Assembly (NCBI GenBank): GCA_965649225.1
Contig: CBFGJX010000001.1
Span: 134,857 to 198,856 of the forward strand
Source of the DNA: a candidate division WOR-3 bacterium
GTDB taxonomy: Bacteria > Hydrothermota > Tepidihabitantia > Tepidihabitantales > Tepidihabitantaceae
Length of the DNA: 64,000 nt
Direction of reading: 5' to 3'
Part shown: one piece after another, positions 9,752 through 21,102 of the stretch
How positions within the stretch are numbered: the stretch's first letter is position 1
Layout: each line of letters opens with the position of its first letter
The notes under the pieces: model-generated
Seen by the model: the letters and a program-made list of their open reading frames with translations, nothing else
Databases searched by the model: none
What the model was told of the DNA's origin: nothing
Made by a program: the position numbers and the translations under genes

Positions 9752-9828
9752 ACGGTTTCCGTGTCACCAACTATCAAACTACTGCACCCCGGCCTTCGCG
9801 ACGGTGCGGAAGGCCCGGTCGCAAGAAG

Positions 9829-10401
9829 CTAGGCCTGCGCCCCGGCAGCCCGCTTGCCGGCCTTCTTGCGGACTCGTTCTCCCCGGTAACGAATTCCCTT
9901 GCCCTGATAGCTGTCGGGAGGGCGAATCGATCGAATCCTGGCAGCAAGATCGCCGACAGCCTGGCGATCAACGCCCTTAATGGTAATTACAAACATCTGA
10001 ACCTTGACGTCGTCAGGGTTGGGCATTTGTGCAACATCAAAGGTGATTCCGGACGGAGCAGGAATGTCAACGTTGTGCGAAAAGCCGCAGTTGAGTTGAA
10101 TGCCGTCCTTGGTTTTCTGAACCCTGTAGCCCATTCCGCGAACTTCAAGCACAATCTCATGCCCATCAGTGACATCAACCAGAGCGTTACGAATATGCGC
10201 CCTTGTTGTGCCAATCAACGCCCGATCGGTGGCCGGCGAACTGCCATTGACAACAATGCTCGACCCCTCAACGGCTACAACGACCCCGGTCGGGATCGGA
10301 ACCGAAACACTGCCCTGCTTGCCCTTTATCAGGACAGATTCGGCCTGAGTCCTTGCTTCTACACCCTTGGGTATTACCAGCGGACGATAGTTCTTTGCCA
10401 T
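9829..10401 (-). CDS. rplF: 50S ribosomal protein L6
   Basis: MAKNYRPLVIPKGV... homologous to uL6; internal ATG chosen as start. Confidence 0.9.
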   Translation of the reverse strand: MAKNYRPLVIPKGVEARTQAESVLIKGKQGSVSVPIPTGVVVAVEGSSIVVNGSSPATDRALIGTTRAHIRNALVDVTDGHEIVLEVRGMGYRVQKTKDGIQLNCGFSHNVDIPAPSGITFDVAQMPNPDDVKVQMFVITIKGVDRQAVGDLAARIRSIRPPDSYQGKGIRYRGERVRKKAGKRAAGAQA

Positions 10402-10408
10402 TGAGGCA

Positions 10409-10798
10409 TCACCAGACCTTGCAGACCACTTCTCCGCCAACGTGCTTGCGCCGAGCTTCGCGGTCGCTCAGGACCCCACGCGGCGTCGATAGCACAGCCA
10501 ACCCCAGACCTCCGATGACCTTGGGAATCTCGTTTGCGCCAACATAGACCCGGCGGCTCTGTCGTGAAACCATCTCAATCCCCCGTATCACCGAAGCTCC
10601 ATCCTCATCATACTTCAGCGAAACTACTATACGACGACCGGTTCCTTCCCCTTCGACCTGAAAATTGCTCACAAAGCCTTCTTCCATCAGCACTCGCACA
10701 ATCTCGTACTTCAGCTTTGAGAAAGGAACAGTCACTTCCTTGTGCCGTGCGCTGAGACCGTTGCGCAGGCAGGTCAAAAAGTCGGCAATCGGATCCAA
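10409..10798 (-). CDS. rpsH: 30S ribosomal protein S8
   Basis: DPIADFLTCLRNG... homologous to uS8; a TTG start gives the canonical N-terminus. Confidence 0.9.
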   Translation of the reverse strand: MDPIADFLTCLRNGLSARHKEVTVPFSKLKYEIVRVLMEEGFVSNFQVEGEGTGRRIVVSLKYDEDGASVIRGIEMVSRQSRRVYVGANEIPKVIGGLGLAVLSTPRGVLSDREARRKHVGGEVVCKVW

Positions 10799-10811
10799 AC
10801 CTGAAAGCCTC

Positions 10812-10997
10812 CTACCAGGTCGCCTTACGGACGCCCGGAATTTCTCCGCGCAATGCCAGCTCCCTGAAACAAAGCCGGCAGAGAGCGAACTTGCGATATA
10901 CTGCACGAGCCCGGAAACAACGCTGACAGCGACGGTGACGGCGGACAGCAAACTTGGGCTCGCGCTGCGACTTGACGATCCAGCAACGACGCGCCAT
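10812..10997 (-). CDS. rpsZ: 30S ribosomal protein S14 type Z (zinc-binding)
   Basis: 61 aa with a CxxC...CxxC pattern, [16 protein letters not shown]... Confidence 0.9.
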   Translation of the reverse strand: MARRCWIVKSQREPKFAVRRHRRCQRCFRARAVYRKFALCRLCFRELALRGEIPGVRKATW

Positions 10998-11551
10998 CAG
11001 CTCCTGACCTTTCGAAACGGCAGATGAAGCTCTTCCAGCAAAGCCCGGGCTTCATCATCACGTTTCGCACTGGTATGAAAAGTGATATTCATTCCGAAAA
11101 CCTTCTTCACCTTGGCTACTTCCAGCTCAGGAAACACCACCTGTTCACTCAACCCAAGACTGTAGCCACCCCGTCCGTCAAAGGAATCAACCGAGAATCC
11201 CTGAAAGTCACGGATACGCGGAGCAGCAAAACTGAACAGGCGGTCAATAAACTCATACATCCGGTTCCCGCGCAAAGTTACTTTCAGCCCCAGAGGCATG
11301 CCTTTGCGAATCTTGAAGGCTGATATCGCCCGCCGGGCATAAGTGCGAACCGGACGCTGACCGGTGATGGCTGCCATATCCTCGGCAATCACGTCCAGCA
11401 CCTTGGCATCAGCCACTGCGTCCTTAGTGGTCATATTGACCACCACCTTCAGGAGCTTGGGAACCTGTTGCAGGTTAGTGTAGCCAAAGCGCGCCTTTAG
11501 CGCCGGTATGATGCGCTCGGTATATTCCTTCCTCAACCGGGGCTCATTCAT
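10997..11551 (-). CDS. rplE: 50S ribosomal protein L5
   Basis: uL5 homology. Confidence 0.95.
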   Translation of the reverse strand: MNEPRLRKEYTERIIPALKARFGYTNLQQVPKLLKVVVNMTTKDAVADAKVLDVIAEDMAAITGQRPVRTYARRAISAFKIRKGMPLGLKVTLRGNRMYEFIDRLFSFAAPRIRDFQGFSVDSFDGRGGYSLGLSEQVVFPELEVAKVKKVFGMNITFHTSAKRDDEARALLEELHLPFRKVRS

Positions 11552-11868
11552 GCGTCAATTATCTCCTGGCACTGACGACAGATTCGAACCCTGCGGCCTT
11601 CATGCGGCTCCCGACGAACACTGGTCCGCTTGCCGCACTTAGGACAGAGCAGTGCCACATTGGAAGCATCGATTGGATTCGGCAAGTCAACGATGCCGCC
11701 GGGTTTGCCCGCGCCACGCGGCCTCTGGTGCCGTTTCGCGAGATTCAGGCCCTCAACGATGACTCGACGATGCCCACGTGAATCGACCTCAACGCGCAGA
11801 ACCTTGCCTCTGCGACCTCGCTCCTCGCCCGTTATCACTTCAACCAAATCACCCTTGCGCAGGTTCAC
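11548..11868 (-). CDS. rplX: 50S ribosomal protein L24 (variant with C-terminal C4 zinc ribbon)
   Basis: KGDLVEVITGEERGRRGKV...VIVEGLNLAKRHQRP...GGIV core of uL24. The C-terminus carries CPKCGKRTSVRREPHEGRRVRICRQC. Confidence 0.85.
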   Translation of the reverse strand: MNLRKGDLVEVITGEERGRRGKVLRVEVDSRGHRRVIVEGLNLAKRHQRPRGAGKPGGIVDLPNPIDASNVALLCPKCGKRTSVRREPHEGRRVRICRQCQEIIDA

Positions 11869-12236
11869 TAAACCACCTCCGGCGCCAGCGAGATGATCTT
11901 GGTAAACCTTCGTTCGCGCAACTCGCGCGCAACCGGCCCGAAGACCCGGGTCCCCTTCGGTTCTCCCTTATCGTCAATCAGTACGCACGCGTTGTCGTCG
12001 AAGCGAACATAGGTTCCGTCATCGCGCCGATGTTCCTTGCGAGTCCGGACGATCACGGCCTTGGACTTGTCGCCTTCCTTGATCGCACCGGCCGGCAGTG
12101 CATCCTTGACCGTTACCATCACGGTATCGCCAAGCCAGCCGAAACGGCGCTTCGAACCGCCGTAAATCTTGATTACCATGGCAACTCTCGCGCCGGAATT
12201 GTCGGCCACGACCAAACGACTGTATTCTTGAATCAT
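11868..12236 (-). CDS. rplN: 50S ribosomal protein L14
   Basis: [17 protein letters not shown]... uL14; internal ATG start. Confidence 0.95.
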   Translation of the reverse strand: MIQEYSRLVVADNSGARVAMVIKIYGGSKRRFGWLGDTVMVTVKDALPAGAIKEGDKSKAVIVRTRKEHRRDDGTYVRFDDNACVLIDDKGEPKGTRVFGPVARELRERRFTKIISLAPEVV

Positions 12237-12472
12237 ACCTTCTTGACGACGCGCCAGCGCTTGAGTCGAGACAACGGACGAGTCTCGACAATAAGCACCT
12301 TGTCGCCCTCCTGACATTCAGCTCGCTCGTCGTGAGCGTAGAACCTGCTGCGCTTCTTGATGTACTTCTTATATTTGGGATGCAGCTCCAAACGGTCAAC
12401 TGATACAACCACCGTCTTCTGCATCTTGGCCGAACTCACAACCCCGATCACTGTCCGGCGAGGCTTACGCAT
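12233..12472 (-). CDS. rpsQ: 30S ribosomal protein S17
   Basis: uS17 homology. Confidence 0.9.
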   Translation of the reverse strand: MRKPRRTVIGVVSSAKMQKTVVVSVDRLELHPKYKKYIKKRSRFYAHDERAECQEGDKVLIVETRPLSRLKRWRVVKKV

Positions 12473-12704
12473 TTCGGTTCTCCGTCCGGCTGGTAGTACT
12501 CATCATCTCACGCAGCACTGTTTCGCACCTGGCGATGTCGCGCCGCAGCATCCTGAGCCGCAACGGATTTGGCAGCTCCTCCCCGGAGCGCCGCAATCGC
12601 AGCTTCAGCATTTCATCACGCAGCTCAGCAAGCCGGCGCATGATGTCGTCACGCGTCATCTCGCGCAAGTCAGAAGCCTTCACAAGTAATCTCCTCGCGC
12701 TCAA
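12465..12704 (-). CDS. rpmC: 50S ribosomal protein L29
   Basis: uL29 homology. Start uncertain (overlaps rplP). Confidence 0.8.
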   Translation of the reverse strand: MSARRLLVKASDLREMTRDDIMRRLAELRDEMLKLRLRRSGEELPNPLRLRMLRRDIARCETVLREMMSTTSRTENRNA

Positions 12705-13098
12705 CTATTCTGGTCCGACACGGCATCTTGCTCCCAGCCAGCCTTAGGGCGACTCGAGCCTCCTGAGTCGGCACGCCGCCGAGTTCGAACAAAACGGTTC
12801 CCGGCTTGACAACACTAACCCAGAGCTCAGGAGTTCCCTTGCCCTTCCCCATTCGCGATTCGGCTGCCTTCTTGGTAACCGGCTTGTCAGGGAAAATCCT
12901 GATCCAAAGCTTACCGGAACGCTTCAAGGCCTTCGCCAGACAGACGCGGGCCGCCTCAATCTGACGGGCAGTCACCCAGCACGGCTCTAGAGCCATCAAC
13001 CCATGTTCGCCAAAGTCAACACGGTTTGCTCTCGTCGCCTTGCCCTTCATCCGTCCCCGCATTGCCTTTCGGTACTTAACCCGCTTTGGCATCAACAT
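12670..13098 (-). CDS. rplP: 50S ribosomal protein L16
   Basis: [11 protein letters not shown]... uL16. Confidence 0.95.
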   Translation of the reverse strand: MLMPKRVKYRKAMRGRMKGKATRANRVDFGEHGLMALEPCWVTARQIEAARVCLAKALKRSGKLWIRIFPDKPVTKKAAESRMGKGKGTPELWVSVVKPGTVLFELGGVPTQEARVALRLAGSKMPCRTRIVEREEITCEGF

Positions 13099-13114
13099 GG
13101 CTTCAATTCCTCAG

Positions 13115-13741
13115 CTAGTGGGCTATATCGCCCTTGTATATCCAAACCTTGACCCCGACAGTTCCCGCGATTGTGCGCGCGACTTCAACCGCGTAGTCAA
13201 TGTCGGCCCTCAGGGTCTGAAGCGGAACCCGCCCTTCGCGATACCATTCGCTGCGGGCAATCTCGTTGCCGCCAAGCCGGCCGGCCACCATCACCTTTAT
13301 ACCAAGAGCTCCAAGCCTCATCACTTGAGTGACAGCCCGCTTCATAGCCCGACGATGTGCAACGCGCTGCTCCAGCTGACGGGCAATGTTCTGGGCGACA
13401 AGCCTGGCCTCCAGTTCAGGCACTCGCACGACTTCGACCTGGATTTGGACATCGTGACCAACCAGCTGTCGAACCTCCTCGCGCAGCGCATCCAGAGCCT
13501 GGCGCCTTGCGCCAAAGACCATGCCCGGACGGGCGGTGTGAATCGTAACGGTCGTGCGATTGGCGACCCGCTTTATCTGAATATCAGCTATCATCGCCTC
13601 GGCAAGCTTGGTTTCCAGGTAGCGCCGAATCTTAAGGTCCTCATGCAGGAAGGTGCGATAGTTCTTACGGTCGAACCAAGCCGACTTCCAGTCCTTGGTA
13701 ATGCCCAGCCGAAAGCCCAACGGATGTGTCTTCTGCCCCAT
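13115..13741 (-). CDS. rpsC: 30S ribosomal protein S3
   Basis: MGQKTHPLGFRLG... uS3. Confidence 0.95.
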   Translation of the reverse strand: MGQKTHPLGFRLGITKDWKSAWFDRKNYRTFLHEDLKIRRYLETKLAEAMIADIQIKRVANRTTVTIHTARPGMVFGARRQALDALREEVRQLVGHDVQIQVEVVRVPELEARLVAQNIARQLEQRVAHRRAMKRAVTQVMRLGALGIKVMVAGRLGGNEIARSEWYREGRVPLQTLRADIDYAVEVARTIAGTVGVKVWIYKGDIAH

Positions 13742-13744
13742 TGA

Positions 13745-14104
13745 CTAGACCCTGGCTCCCTTCTTAGTTACCACCCGGACATGAACGTGGACCATTCGCT
13801 TGCGAATCGGGGTTGCGCTACCCCTAGGCCCCGGTTGCCAACGTTTCATGATTGGCCCGGGAGTAACCCGCACCTCAGCTACCACAAGGTCCTCTTCACG
13901 CAGCTTGGCCTTACCGGCCTTGGCAATGGCATTTGCAACTGCTGAACGCAGTGTTTTCTGAACCGGCAGTTTGGACGGCTTGGCCAAGAATGCAAGTGTT
14001 CGCAGCGCCGTGGTAACATCCTGCCCCCGCACCAAGTCGGCGACCAAAGCCAGCTTCTTGGCTGAACCGCGCTGGAATCTGCTCACCGCCATCGCTTCCA
14101 GCAT
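13745..14104 (-). CDS. rplV: 50S ribosomal protein L22
   Basis: uL22 homology; internal ATG start. Confidence 0.85.
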   Translation of the reverse strand: MLEAMAVSRFQRGSAKKLALVADLVRGQDVTTALRTLAFLAKPSKLPVQKTLRSAVANAIAKAGKAKLREEDLVVAEVRVTPGPIMKRWQPGPRGSATPIRKRMVHVHVRVVTKKGARV

Positions 14105-14105
14105 G

Positions 14106-14393
14106 CTACTTCTTCTCCTCGCCTTTTTCCTTGCGCTGGCCCGAGTGCTGTCGGAATGTCCGGGTCGGCGCAAACTCACCAAGACGATGCCCCACCATCC
14201 GTTCGGTTATGTAAACGGGCAGAAAACGGTTGCCATTGTGGACTGCGATCGTCTGCCCGACGAACTCCGGTGGAATCACGCTTCGTCGGGCATAGGTCTT
14301 CAGAGTACGTTTCTCGCCCGACTCAAGCAGTTGCCGGACACGTCGAAAGAGCTTTTCGTCAATGTATGGGCCCTTGCGAATTGACCGTCCCAT
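14106..14393 (-). CDS. rpsS: 30S ribosomal protein S19
   Basis: [12 protein letters not shown]... uS19. Confidence 0.95.
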   Translation of the reverse strand: MGRSIRKGPYIDEKLFRRVRQLLESGEKRTLKTYARRSVIPPEFVGQTIAVHNGNRFLPVYITERMVGHRLGEFAPTRTFRQHSGQRKEKGEEKK

Positions 14394-15220
14394 CAGCGCT
14401 TTCTCCTCTGAACTATCCAGCGGGTTGACTGCTTCTTTGGATTGCGAGTTCGATAACCCTTCGCCGGAATACCACGTTCAGAACAAGGATGCCGTCCGCC
14501 CGAGCTCTTGCCCTCGCCACCGCCCATCGGATGATCAATCGGATTCATGGCGACCGCCCGAACACGGGGACGACGTCCGCGGTGTCGAACCCTTCCCGCC
14601 TTGCCGACCGATACGTCTTTATGCTCCGGATTGGAAACGCGACCGACGGTGGCCATACAGGCCTTGTGAAACTTGCGCAATTCGCCCGAAGGAAGCTTCA
14701 CGACTGCAAGATCGTCTTCCTTGGCCATCAGCTGGGCTGCAGTCCCAGCCGATCGAACAAGAAAGGAATTACTCTGAGGGTAGAGTTGAAGGTTGTGTAT
14801 CTCGATCCCAGCCGGCATATCACCCAACGGCATCGCATTACCTTCGCGAATCGGCAGATTGCGGCCGGACATGACTGTATCGCCGACCTTCAAACCCATC
14901 GGGCACAGAATGTAACGGTACTCGCCGTCAGCATGAGCTACCAAAGCTATCCGACTAGATCGATTCGGGTCATACTCAATGGATACCACCCGGCCAGGCA
15001 CGCCCGTCTTGTCGCGTCGAAAGTCGATGATTCGATAATGGCGTCTCTCACCGCCCCCCCGACATTTCGCCGTAATTCTCCCCGTGTTGTTTCTTCCGGC
15101 CGTCTTCCGCTTAGGCTCGGTCAACGGCCGATACGGCTCCTGTCGGGTCAAATCATCCCGTGTAATGACACTGTAATAGCGTCGCGCCGGGGTGATCGGT
15201 CGATAACTCTTTGTCGGCAT
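14393..15220 (-). CDS. rplB: 50S ribosomal protein L2
   Basis: uL2 homology; ATGA overlap with rpsS. Confidence 0.95.
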   Translation of the reverse strand: MPTKSYRPITPARRYYSVITRDDLTRQEPYRPLTEPKRKTAGRNNTGRITAKCRGGGERRHYRIIDFRRDKTGVPGRVVSIEYDPNRSSRIALVAHADGEYRYILCPMGLKVGDTVMSGRNLPIREGNAMPLGDMPAGIEIHNLQLYPQSNSFLVRSAGTAAQLMAKEDDLAVVKLPSGELRKFHKACMATVGRVSNPEHKDVSVGKAGRVRHRGRRPRVRAVAMNPIDHPMGGGEGKSSGGRHPCSERGIPAKGYRTRNPKKQSTRWIVQRRKR

Positions 15221-15222
15221 CT

Positions 15223-15510
15223 TCAGCGCTCCAATGCCTCGATCGTCTCGCCCTGTTTGATCGTGACGACCGCCTTCTTCCAATCTGGCCGACGCCCTTG
15301 GAATCGCCCCATGCGCTTGACTTTACCACGCATGTTCACAACCCGGACATCGGTAACGTGGACCTTGAAAAGACGCTCAACAGCACGACGAATGTCGATC
15401 TTGTTCGCAGCAACCGCCACCCGAAAGGTGTAGCTGTTAGCCTCTGCCTTCAGTCGTTCCGATTTCTCCGTGACAACTGCACCAACGATGACCCGATCTG
15501 CCTCAACCAT
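15223..15510 (-). CDS. rplW: 50S ribosomal protein L23
   Basis: uL23 homology. Confidence 0.9.
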   Translation of the reverse strand: MVEADRVIVGAVVTEKSERLKAEANSYTFRVAVAANKIDIRRAVERLFKVHVTDVRVVNMRGKVKRMGRFQGRRPDWKKAVVTIKQGETIEALER

Positions 15511-16148
15511 TACGCGACTCCCGCGTTCCTTGTCAGCACTGCCAATGCGCTTTCCGTCACAACAACCCAGTCAGGTCGTAGGATAGCGTAAGGCGCCACA
15601 CGATCCGCTGCAACGACTTCAAGCCCGGGAATATTTCGACTGGCGCGCCTCAATTCAACAGGAACAGTATCAACCATCAGCAGAACAGAACCCTTCACGC
15701 CTATACCTGCTAGAATCTTGGCCATTTCGCTAGTCTTGGGGGCTGGCAGCTGGAAATCCTCCATGACCAGCAAAGCTCCGGCTGCATGACGCTCCGAAAG
15801 AGCCATACAGAGTGCCCGGCGACGGAGCTTCTTGGGCAACTCGTAGCTATAATCGCGGGGACGGGGGCCAAAAACAACACCGCCCCCACGGAAAATCGGA
15901 CTCCGCCGTGAGCCATGACGTGCCCGCCCAGTGTGCTTCTGACGATAGGGTTTTTTCCCGGTGCCCGAAACCTCAGCCCGGGTCTTGGTACAGCTGTTGC
16001 CTTGACGCTGATTCGCCAAGTAGCAGCGCACCGACTCCCAGAGTATACCGCTGGACGCGCTGACCCCGAAAACAGCTTCAGGCAAGGTCACCTTGCCCTT
16101 GATTGCACCAGTAGCAGTCTTGACTTCGGTTTCCATGGGAAGCTTCAA
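15510..16148 (-). CDS. rplD: 50S ribosomal protein L4
   Basis: uL4 homology. Confidence 0.95.
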   Translation of the reverse strand: MKLPMETEVKTATGAIKGKVTLPEAVFGVSASSGILWESVRCYLANQRQGNSCTKTRAEVSGTGKKPYRQKHTGRARHGSRRSPIFRGGGVVFGPRPRDYSYELPKKLRRRALCMALSERHAAGALLVMEDFQLPAPKTSEMAKILAGIGVKGSVLLMVDTVPVELRRASRNIPGLEVVAADRVAPYAILRPDWVVVTESALAVLTRNAGVA

Positions 16149-16759
16149 ACCTTCTTCACCACCAACAGACCACCCCGGTGTCCAGGAACAGCCCCATGAA
16201 CATAGAGCAATCCCTGTTGCGGATCGACTCGGACCACTTTGAGGTTTCTCACCGTTACTCGTTCAACGCCGTAATGACCTGCCATTGTTCTGCCGGGCAG
16301 AACCCGCCCGGGAGAAGTACCAGAGCCGGCCGAACCAATCCGTCGATGCGTCATCGAACCATGCGAAGCCGGCCCGCCTCTCCATCCCCATCGCCTTACG
16401 CCACCGGCAAAACCCCGGCCGCGGGTGACACCGGTTACTGCCACTTTGTCACCAGGCTGGAACATTTCAACGCCCAAACGGGCACCGACTTTGAAAGCAG
16501 AACTGTCGGCAACTCTGATTTCTCTCAGAAAGCGTTTCGGCTCCACTCCGGCTTTCTTGTAATGGCCGATCTCTGGTTTGGTAGCCCGGCGGGTTGGACG
16601 TCCGATTCCAAGCTGGACTGCCTCGTAGCCGTCCTGCTTAGCTGTACGTTTGGCGACAACCGTGCAGTCAGGAACAGCAATCGCCGTCGCCGACCAGACA
16701 ACACCCCTGTCGTCGTAAATCTGGCACATTTCGCGCTTTATCCCAAGCAAGCCGGTCAT
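16145..16759 (-). CDS. rplC: 50S ribosomal protein L3
   Basis: uL3 homology. Confidence 0.95.
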   Translation of the reverse strand: MTGLLGIKREMCQIYDDRGVVWSATAIAVPDCTVVAKRTAKQDGYEAVQLGIGRPTRRATKPEIGHYKKAGVEPKRFLREIRVADSSAFKVGARLGVEMFQPGDKVAVTGVTRGRGFAGGVRRWGWRGGPASHGSMTHRRIGSAGSGTSPGRVLPGRTMAGHYGVERVTVRNLKVVRVDPQQGLLYVHGAVPGHRGGLLVVKKV

Positions 16760-17079
16760 GCCGATTTAATCTCCACTTCAACGCCGGCCGGCACCTCAAG
16801 CTTCATCAATGCGTCAACCATCTCGGCCGTAGCGTTGGATATCTCAATCAACCGCTTGTGTACCCGCAACTCAAACTGCTCGCGCGAGCGCTTATCCACG
16901 TGCGGTGAACGAAGCACTGTAAACAACGTACGCTTAGTCGGCAAAGGAACGGGCCCCGACACCTGTGCCCCGGTGCGCTTGGCCACATCAACAATATCGC
17001 GAGCAGACTGGTCAAGGACACGGTTATCGTGTGCTTTCAGCTTTATGCGAATCTTTTTCGAGCTTCTTATTAAACTCAT
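16756..17079 (-). CDS. rpsJ: 30S ribosomal protein S10
   Basis: uS10 homology. Confidence 0.95.
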   Translation of the reverse strand: MSLIRSSKKIRIKLKAHDNRVLDQSARDIVDVAKRTGAQVSGPVPLPTKRTLFTVLRSPHVDKRSREQFELRVHKRLIEISNATAEMVDALMKLEVPAGVEVEIKSA

Positions 17080-17191
17080 GTCAAATCATAAAAGCCAATG
17101 CGACCAATCAGTTCGTCTTCAATCCTTTGCTCTTTTGCGCTGGGGCCTGAAGTCTAGTTCGGCCCGATCGCCGCTCTGGCGAAAGCCGGAC

Positions 17192-17219
17192 AATATACTA
17201 ACATCGGCCGCGATGTCAA
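17192..17219 (-). promoter_or_regulatory. Putative sigma70-type promoter of the S10 operon
   Basis: On the minus strand, TTGACA-N16-TATATT, about 110 nt upstream of rpsJ. Confidence 0.5.
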
Positions 17220-17247
17220 TAGCTGATTTGACCCATGTCAAGGTTGG

Positions 17248-18963
17248 TCATCGCCTTGCACGCTGCAGCGTCTCAAGCTCAGCCAGCAGCTGCCGAAACA
17301 ACCCGCTTCCCGGGTCCAGGCCGACCGCGCGTCGAGCAGACACGACGGCTTCATCGATGCTACCGCGTCTCTGCAACATCCGGGCAAGATTATAGGCTAT
17401 CCCGGCATCGCTTGGATCCAATTCAGCAGCACGCTTCAAACAGCCAATTGCCCCAGCGGCGTCTCCTCGAAGATGAAGCACAATGCCAAGATTGTTGTAC
17501 GCCAAGGCATATTCCGGCATCAAGGCAATAGCCCGACGATATGCCTCCTCGGCTTCATCCAAACGCCGAACCGCCTGTAATGAAGCCCCAAGGTTGGACC
17601 AGGCAAGGCCTTGGCTTGAGTCCAAAGCTATCACCTGCCGGTAGCAACTGATCGCCCCTTCCAGGTCGCCCAGTTTGCGCAGCTCAAACGCAAGATTGAA
17701 GTATCCGGCAGGGTTGCCCGGTGACTCAACTGTCATCCGCTGGTAAAGCTCAAAGCTATTTCGCCATACGCCCGAACGCCGGATCGCCAAGAGCACAAAA
17801 CCTGCCACCAGAACGACACTTACAACAACCAGCACTACGGCAATCTGCCGCCCCCGGGCAGCTAGGCGCGAAAGAAAAACAGCGCAAAAGGGAACAAACG
17901 CAACGGCTGGCAGATAGAAACATCGCCCCAAGGGCCCGAACTGAGCCAACGCTGATGCGGGAACCACCAATGCAACGGCTGACGACCAGAGAACGATTCG
18001 ACTATCTCTACTTGCGTTCTTGTGGCGCATCAGAAACCAACCAAAACAAATAAAAATACCGAGTGGTAACAGCCAAAGAGTCGGCCGACTGAGCTCTGCA
18101 CCATCCCAGGCGAAGACACGCCGCGAAAATGGCACCAAACCAAAAAGCATGGTCCTTCCGGCGTTATTGAGGGCCAAGGTCAGCGAAGCACCTGAGACTT
18201 CGGACAGGTTCATGCCCGCTGCGGAACCCAACACCAGACGGCGGATCACCAGATACACCAAGGTGATCACGATACAGCCACCTGACAGCACCCATTTGCT
18301 GGTGAATTGCGGCCGGCGCCGCACAAGCAGCACGATGCCGATGCAAATCACCGCCATAATCAGTGCCGCTTCCTTTGCGAACAGAGCGATAGCCAGCCCA
18401 CCCCAGATAAGAGCCACGTGACGCCAACGCTGCAGATTCAACCAGCGCAACAGACCACCGAGCATCAACGCGATTCCTAAAGCGCAAATTATGTCAGTAC
18501 GCCCACTTACGTAACCAACACTATCGGCAAGCATTGGATGAACGCCGAATATCATTCCGGCCCCGCAAGCGGCAAGGACTGGTGCGCCGGTCACGATTGT
18601 CAATACGTAAACCAAAACTGCATTGAAGCTGTGCAACAAACAATTGACCAAGTGATAGTACCATGCCGAACCGCGACCAATAATCCGGTCAAGCCTGAGG
18701 CTGAAGTTTACCAATGGTCGGTAATAGGGATCGTCGCCCAACAGACGAGTAGTGTGGCCATGCCAGAAGCTCTGTCCGAAAGCAGACAAAGGGGCATCTC
18801 GATTCAGCTGTACAAGGTCGACGTCATCCCAGACCAAGAGGAATCTTACGGTCGGTAGATAGACCGCCAAAGCTACAACCCAGCACAAGACAGCTGGCAG
18901 CCACTTGCTCGCCCTCGGCCGACTGCCGGACTGCAGGGAAGCTCTGTTCATGTCCAACAGCAT
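17248..18963 (-). CDS. TMTC-like integral membrane protein (GT-C-like, multi-TM N-terminal part) with C-terminal TPR repeats
   Basis: About 11 predicted TM helices followed by TPR repeats (AxxNLGxxL, AxxxYxxAL patterns). Confidence 0.5.
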   Translation of the reverse strand: MLLDMNRASLQSGSRPRASKWLPAVLCWVVALAVYLPTVRFLLVWDDVDLVQLNRDAPLSAFGQSFWHGHTTRLLGDDPYYRPLVNFSLRLDRIIGRGSAWYYHLVNCLLHSFNAVLVYVLTIVTGAPVLAACGAGMIFGVHPMLADSVGYVSGRTDIICALGIALMLGGLLRWLNLQRWRHVALIWGGLAIALFAKEAALIMAVICIGIVLLVRRRPQFTSKWVLSGGCIVITLVYLVIRRLVLGSAAGMNLSEVSGASLTLALNNAGRTMLFGLVPFSRRVFAWDGAELSRPTLWLLPLGIFICFGWFLMRHKNASRDSRIVLWSSAVALVVPASALAQFGPLGRCFYLPAVAFVPFCAVFLSRLAARGRQIAVVLVVVSVVLVAGFVLLAIRRSGVWRNSFELYQRMTVESPGNPAGYFNLAFELRKLGDLEGAISCYRQVIALDSSQGLAWSNLGASLQAVRRLDEAEEAYRRAIALMPEYALAYNNLGIVLHLRGDAAGAIGCLKRAAELDPSDAGIAYNLARMLQRRGSIDEAVVSARRAVGLDPGSGLFRQLLAELETLQRARR

Positions 18964-19056
18964 CCTAGCTTCTGGATCAGGCCAGTCAAACTGGCCCCGG
19001 GACCGTAACCAACATCCCTTGACTCACTCGGCACTGCCACTATACTCAACCGCCTT

Positions 19057-19138
19057 GCGAGGGTGGCGGAACTGGCAGACGCGCTGGACTTAGGATCCAG
19101 TCCTCAACAGGGTGGGGGTTCAACTCCCCCTCCTCGCA
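19057..19138 (+). tRNA. tRNA-Leu (anticodon TAG)
   Basis: Acceptor GCGAGGG/TCCTCGC, anticodon loop CTTAGGA, T arm GGGGGTTCAACTCCCCC, long variable arm. Confidence 0.85.
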
Positions 19139-19184
19139 TGACAGATTCAGCCCGCCAGCAGTAAACTCATTAAGGAGTATTGAC

Positions 19185-20399
19185 TTGGAGAAGGTCGTTG
19201 CCGCGCCAACCGCGTGGTTGCGTGAGATAGAAGTAACAATTGAGCCGGATCGACTCAACAGCCGGGTTGACGAACTGCTTGCTGAGTATGGCCCGAAGGC
19301 AGTTGTGCCGGGCTTTCGTCCGGGACGCGTGTCTGCGACAGTATTGCGGCGTCGGCTCGGTCCAGCGCTGGAAACGGGAGCTGTCGAGGAACTTGTTGAA
19401 GCAGCAGCAACTGAGGCAATTTCCGAAATTGACGTAATACCGGCGTCGCGCCCCCGTCTCATCGATCTGCAAGTGGACCCGGACAAGACAATCCACTTTC
19501 GCTTGAGCGTTGAGGTGGTACCTGATTTCGAACTCAGGGACTGGCAAGGCCTCAAACTGAAAAAAGAAGTGCCCACCGGTTTCGAGGACGAGTTTCAGCG
19601 CCGACTGGACGCTCTACGCGAAAAATGCGCCCGCTTTCAACCGGTCAACCGACCCGCCCGCTCTGGCGACTTCGTCCTTGTTGACTATCGCACGATAGAA
19701 AACGGCAATGACGTCGTGCCACCCCGACAGAACGTCCTGATGCACATCGGTGACCCATTGCAGCCGGAGCCGGTCAATCTGGCCTTGGAGGGCGCATCAC
19801 CGGGAGAAGAACGACAGGCTCAGGTTACTTTCCCAGACGATTACCCTGACCGCAACATCGCCGGTCACACCCGCCAGTACCTTTTCCGAGTCCACGAAGT
19901 TAAAGAACGGATTGTTCCCGAAGTGGACGAGCAGCTCGCCCGTGACCTGGGTTATGCCGATCTGGACAGCATGCGCCGCGAAATCAACGAGGGCATTCTG
20001 CAGGATCGGGCCGAGCTAGTCCGTAACGGCCTTAAAAACCAAGTCTTCGACCTGCTGGTTAGCGCACATGACTTCGAGCCACCCCAGACCTGGGTGGAAT
20101 CATCGCTGCAGCGACTCCGTACCCAGTACGACTTGCCCGACGACGATGATACTCGTACCCGACTTGAACCAATAGCACGCAAGTGGGCAAAGTTTGACTG
20201 CATCGTTGCCCGCATTGCCCGAATGGAAAAAATCGCTGTCACGGACGACGAAACACACAGTTTTGCCAACCAGATCGCGACCGAAACCGGTCAACCACTC
20301 GAAGAGGTTATTCAACTGCTGGACTCGCCGGCATGGCGCAACCAGCTTCTTCGCGACAAGGTAATGGACCGCATACTGGAGGCAGCCGATGTCACCTGA
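19185..20399 (+). CDS. tig: Trigger factor
   Basis: TTG start with AAGGAG SD. GFRPGRV motif of the FKBP domain. Sits in a tig-clpP-clpX arrangement. Confidence 0.85.
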   Translation: MEKVVAAPTAWLREIEVTIEPDRLNSRVDELLAEYGPKAVVPGFRPGRVSATVLRRRLGPALETGAVEELVEAAATEAISEIDVIPASRPRLIDLQVDPDKTIHFRLSVEVVPDFELRDWQGLKLKKEVPTGFEDEFQRRLDALREKCARFQPVNRPARSGDFVLVDYRTIENGNDVVPPRQNVLMHIGDPLQPEPVNLALEGASPGEERQAQVTFPDDYPDRNIAGHTRQYLFRVHEVKERIVPEVDEQLARDLGYADLDSMRREINEGILQDRAELVRNGLKNQVFDLLVSAHDFEPPQTWVESSLQRLRTQYDLPDDDDTRTRLEPIARKWAKFDCIVARIARMEKIAVTDDETHSFANQIATETGQPLEEVIQLLDSPAWRNQLLRDKVMDRILEAADVT

Positions 20400-20499
20400 T
20401 AACCAGGCAGCTGGCCTGCCCCGTTCTCGGCAGTCACAGACTGTGTTGCGAGTTGCCCTCGAGTCGCATCACCCGGAAACCAAAGTTTTTGTCCAAGAA

Positions 20500-21102
20500 A
20501 TGCCCGAGGAGGTACCCTTGCTTATCCCGATAGTAATCGAGCAGACTGGACGTGGAGAACGTGCCTACGACATTTACTCGCGTCTGCTCAAGGAACGGAT
20601 TATATTTGTTGGTTCCCCTATTGACGACAACGTCGCCAATCTTGTTGTTGCCCAGTTGCTCTATCTGGCAGCAGAAGACTCTGCCAAGGACATCAACCTC
20701 TACATCAATTCGCCGGGCGGGGTAGTTTCGGCCGGACTGGCAATCTACGACACCATGCGTTACATCAAACCCCGTGTCTCCACCACCTGCGTCGGAATGG
20801 CCGCCTCGATAGCCGCTTTGCTGCTTGCGGCAGGAGACAAAGGTCGACGCTTTGCACTCCCTCGCTCCAGAGTAATGATTCATCAGCCCTCGGCGTTTGG
20901 AATATCGGGGCAAGCTACCGACATCGAAATTTCTGCCCGCGAAATAATCAAACTCAAGCAGCAACTGACTGAGATTCTCGCCACTCACACGGGCCAGACC
21001 GTCGAACGTATCGCGCAGGATTCCGATCGCAATTTTTTCATGTCAGCCCAGGAAGCCCAAGCCTACGGTATAATTGACGAAGTAATCGAGAAACGCAAAT
21101 GA
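20500..21102 (+). CDS. clpP: ATP-dependent Clp protease proteolytic subunit
   Basis: [27 protein letters not shown]..., Ser-His-Asp context; internal ATG start. Confidence 0.95.
   Translation: MPEEVPLLIPIVIEQTGRGERAYDIYSRLLKERIIFVGSPIDDNVANLVVAQLLYLAAEDSAKDINLYINSPGGVVSAGLAIYDTMRYIKPRVSTTCVGMAASIAALLLAAGDKGRRFALPRSRVMIHQPSAFGISGQATDIEISAREIIKLKQQLTEILATHTGQTVERIAQDSDRNFFMSAQEAQAYGIIDEVIEKRK

Noticed and set aside
14489-15433. 314-aa + strand ORF antisense to rplB/rplW
   Set aside because: It lies entirely within well-conserved ribosomal protein genes on the other strand. It is Arg/Ser/Pro-rich with no motif, a typical high-GC antisense artefact.
16178-17395. 405-aa + strand ORF antisense to rplC/rpsJ and the operon promoter
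   Set aside because: It overlaps conserved ribosomal genes and the promoter. Its composition is low-complexity and there is no start context.
19046-19576. 176-aa minus-strand ORF
   Set aside because: It overlaps tRNA-Leu(TAG) and is antisense to tig.
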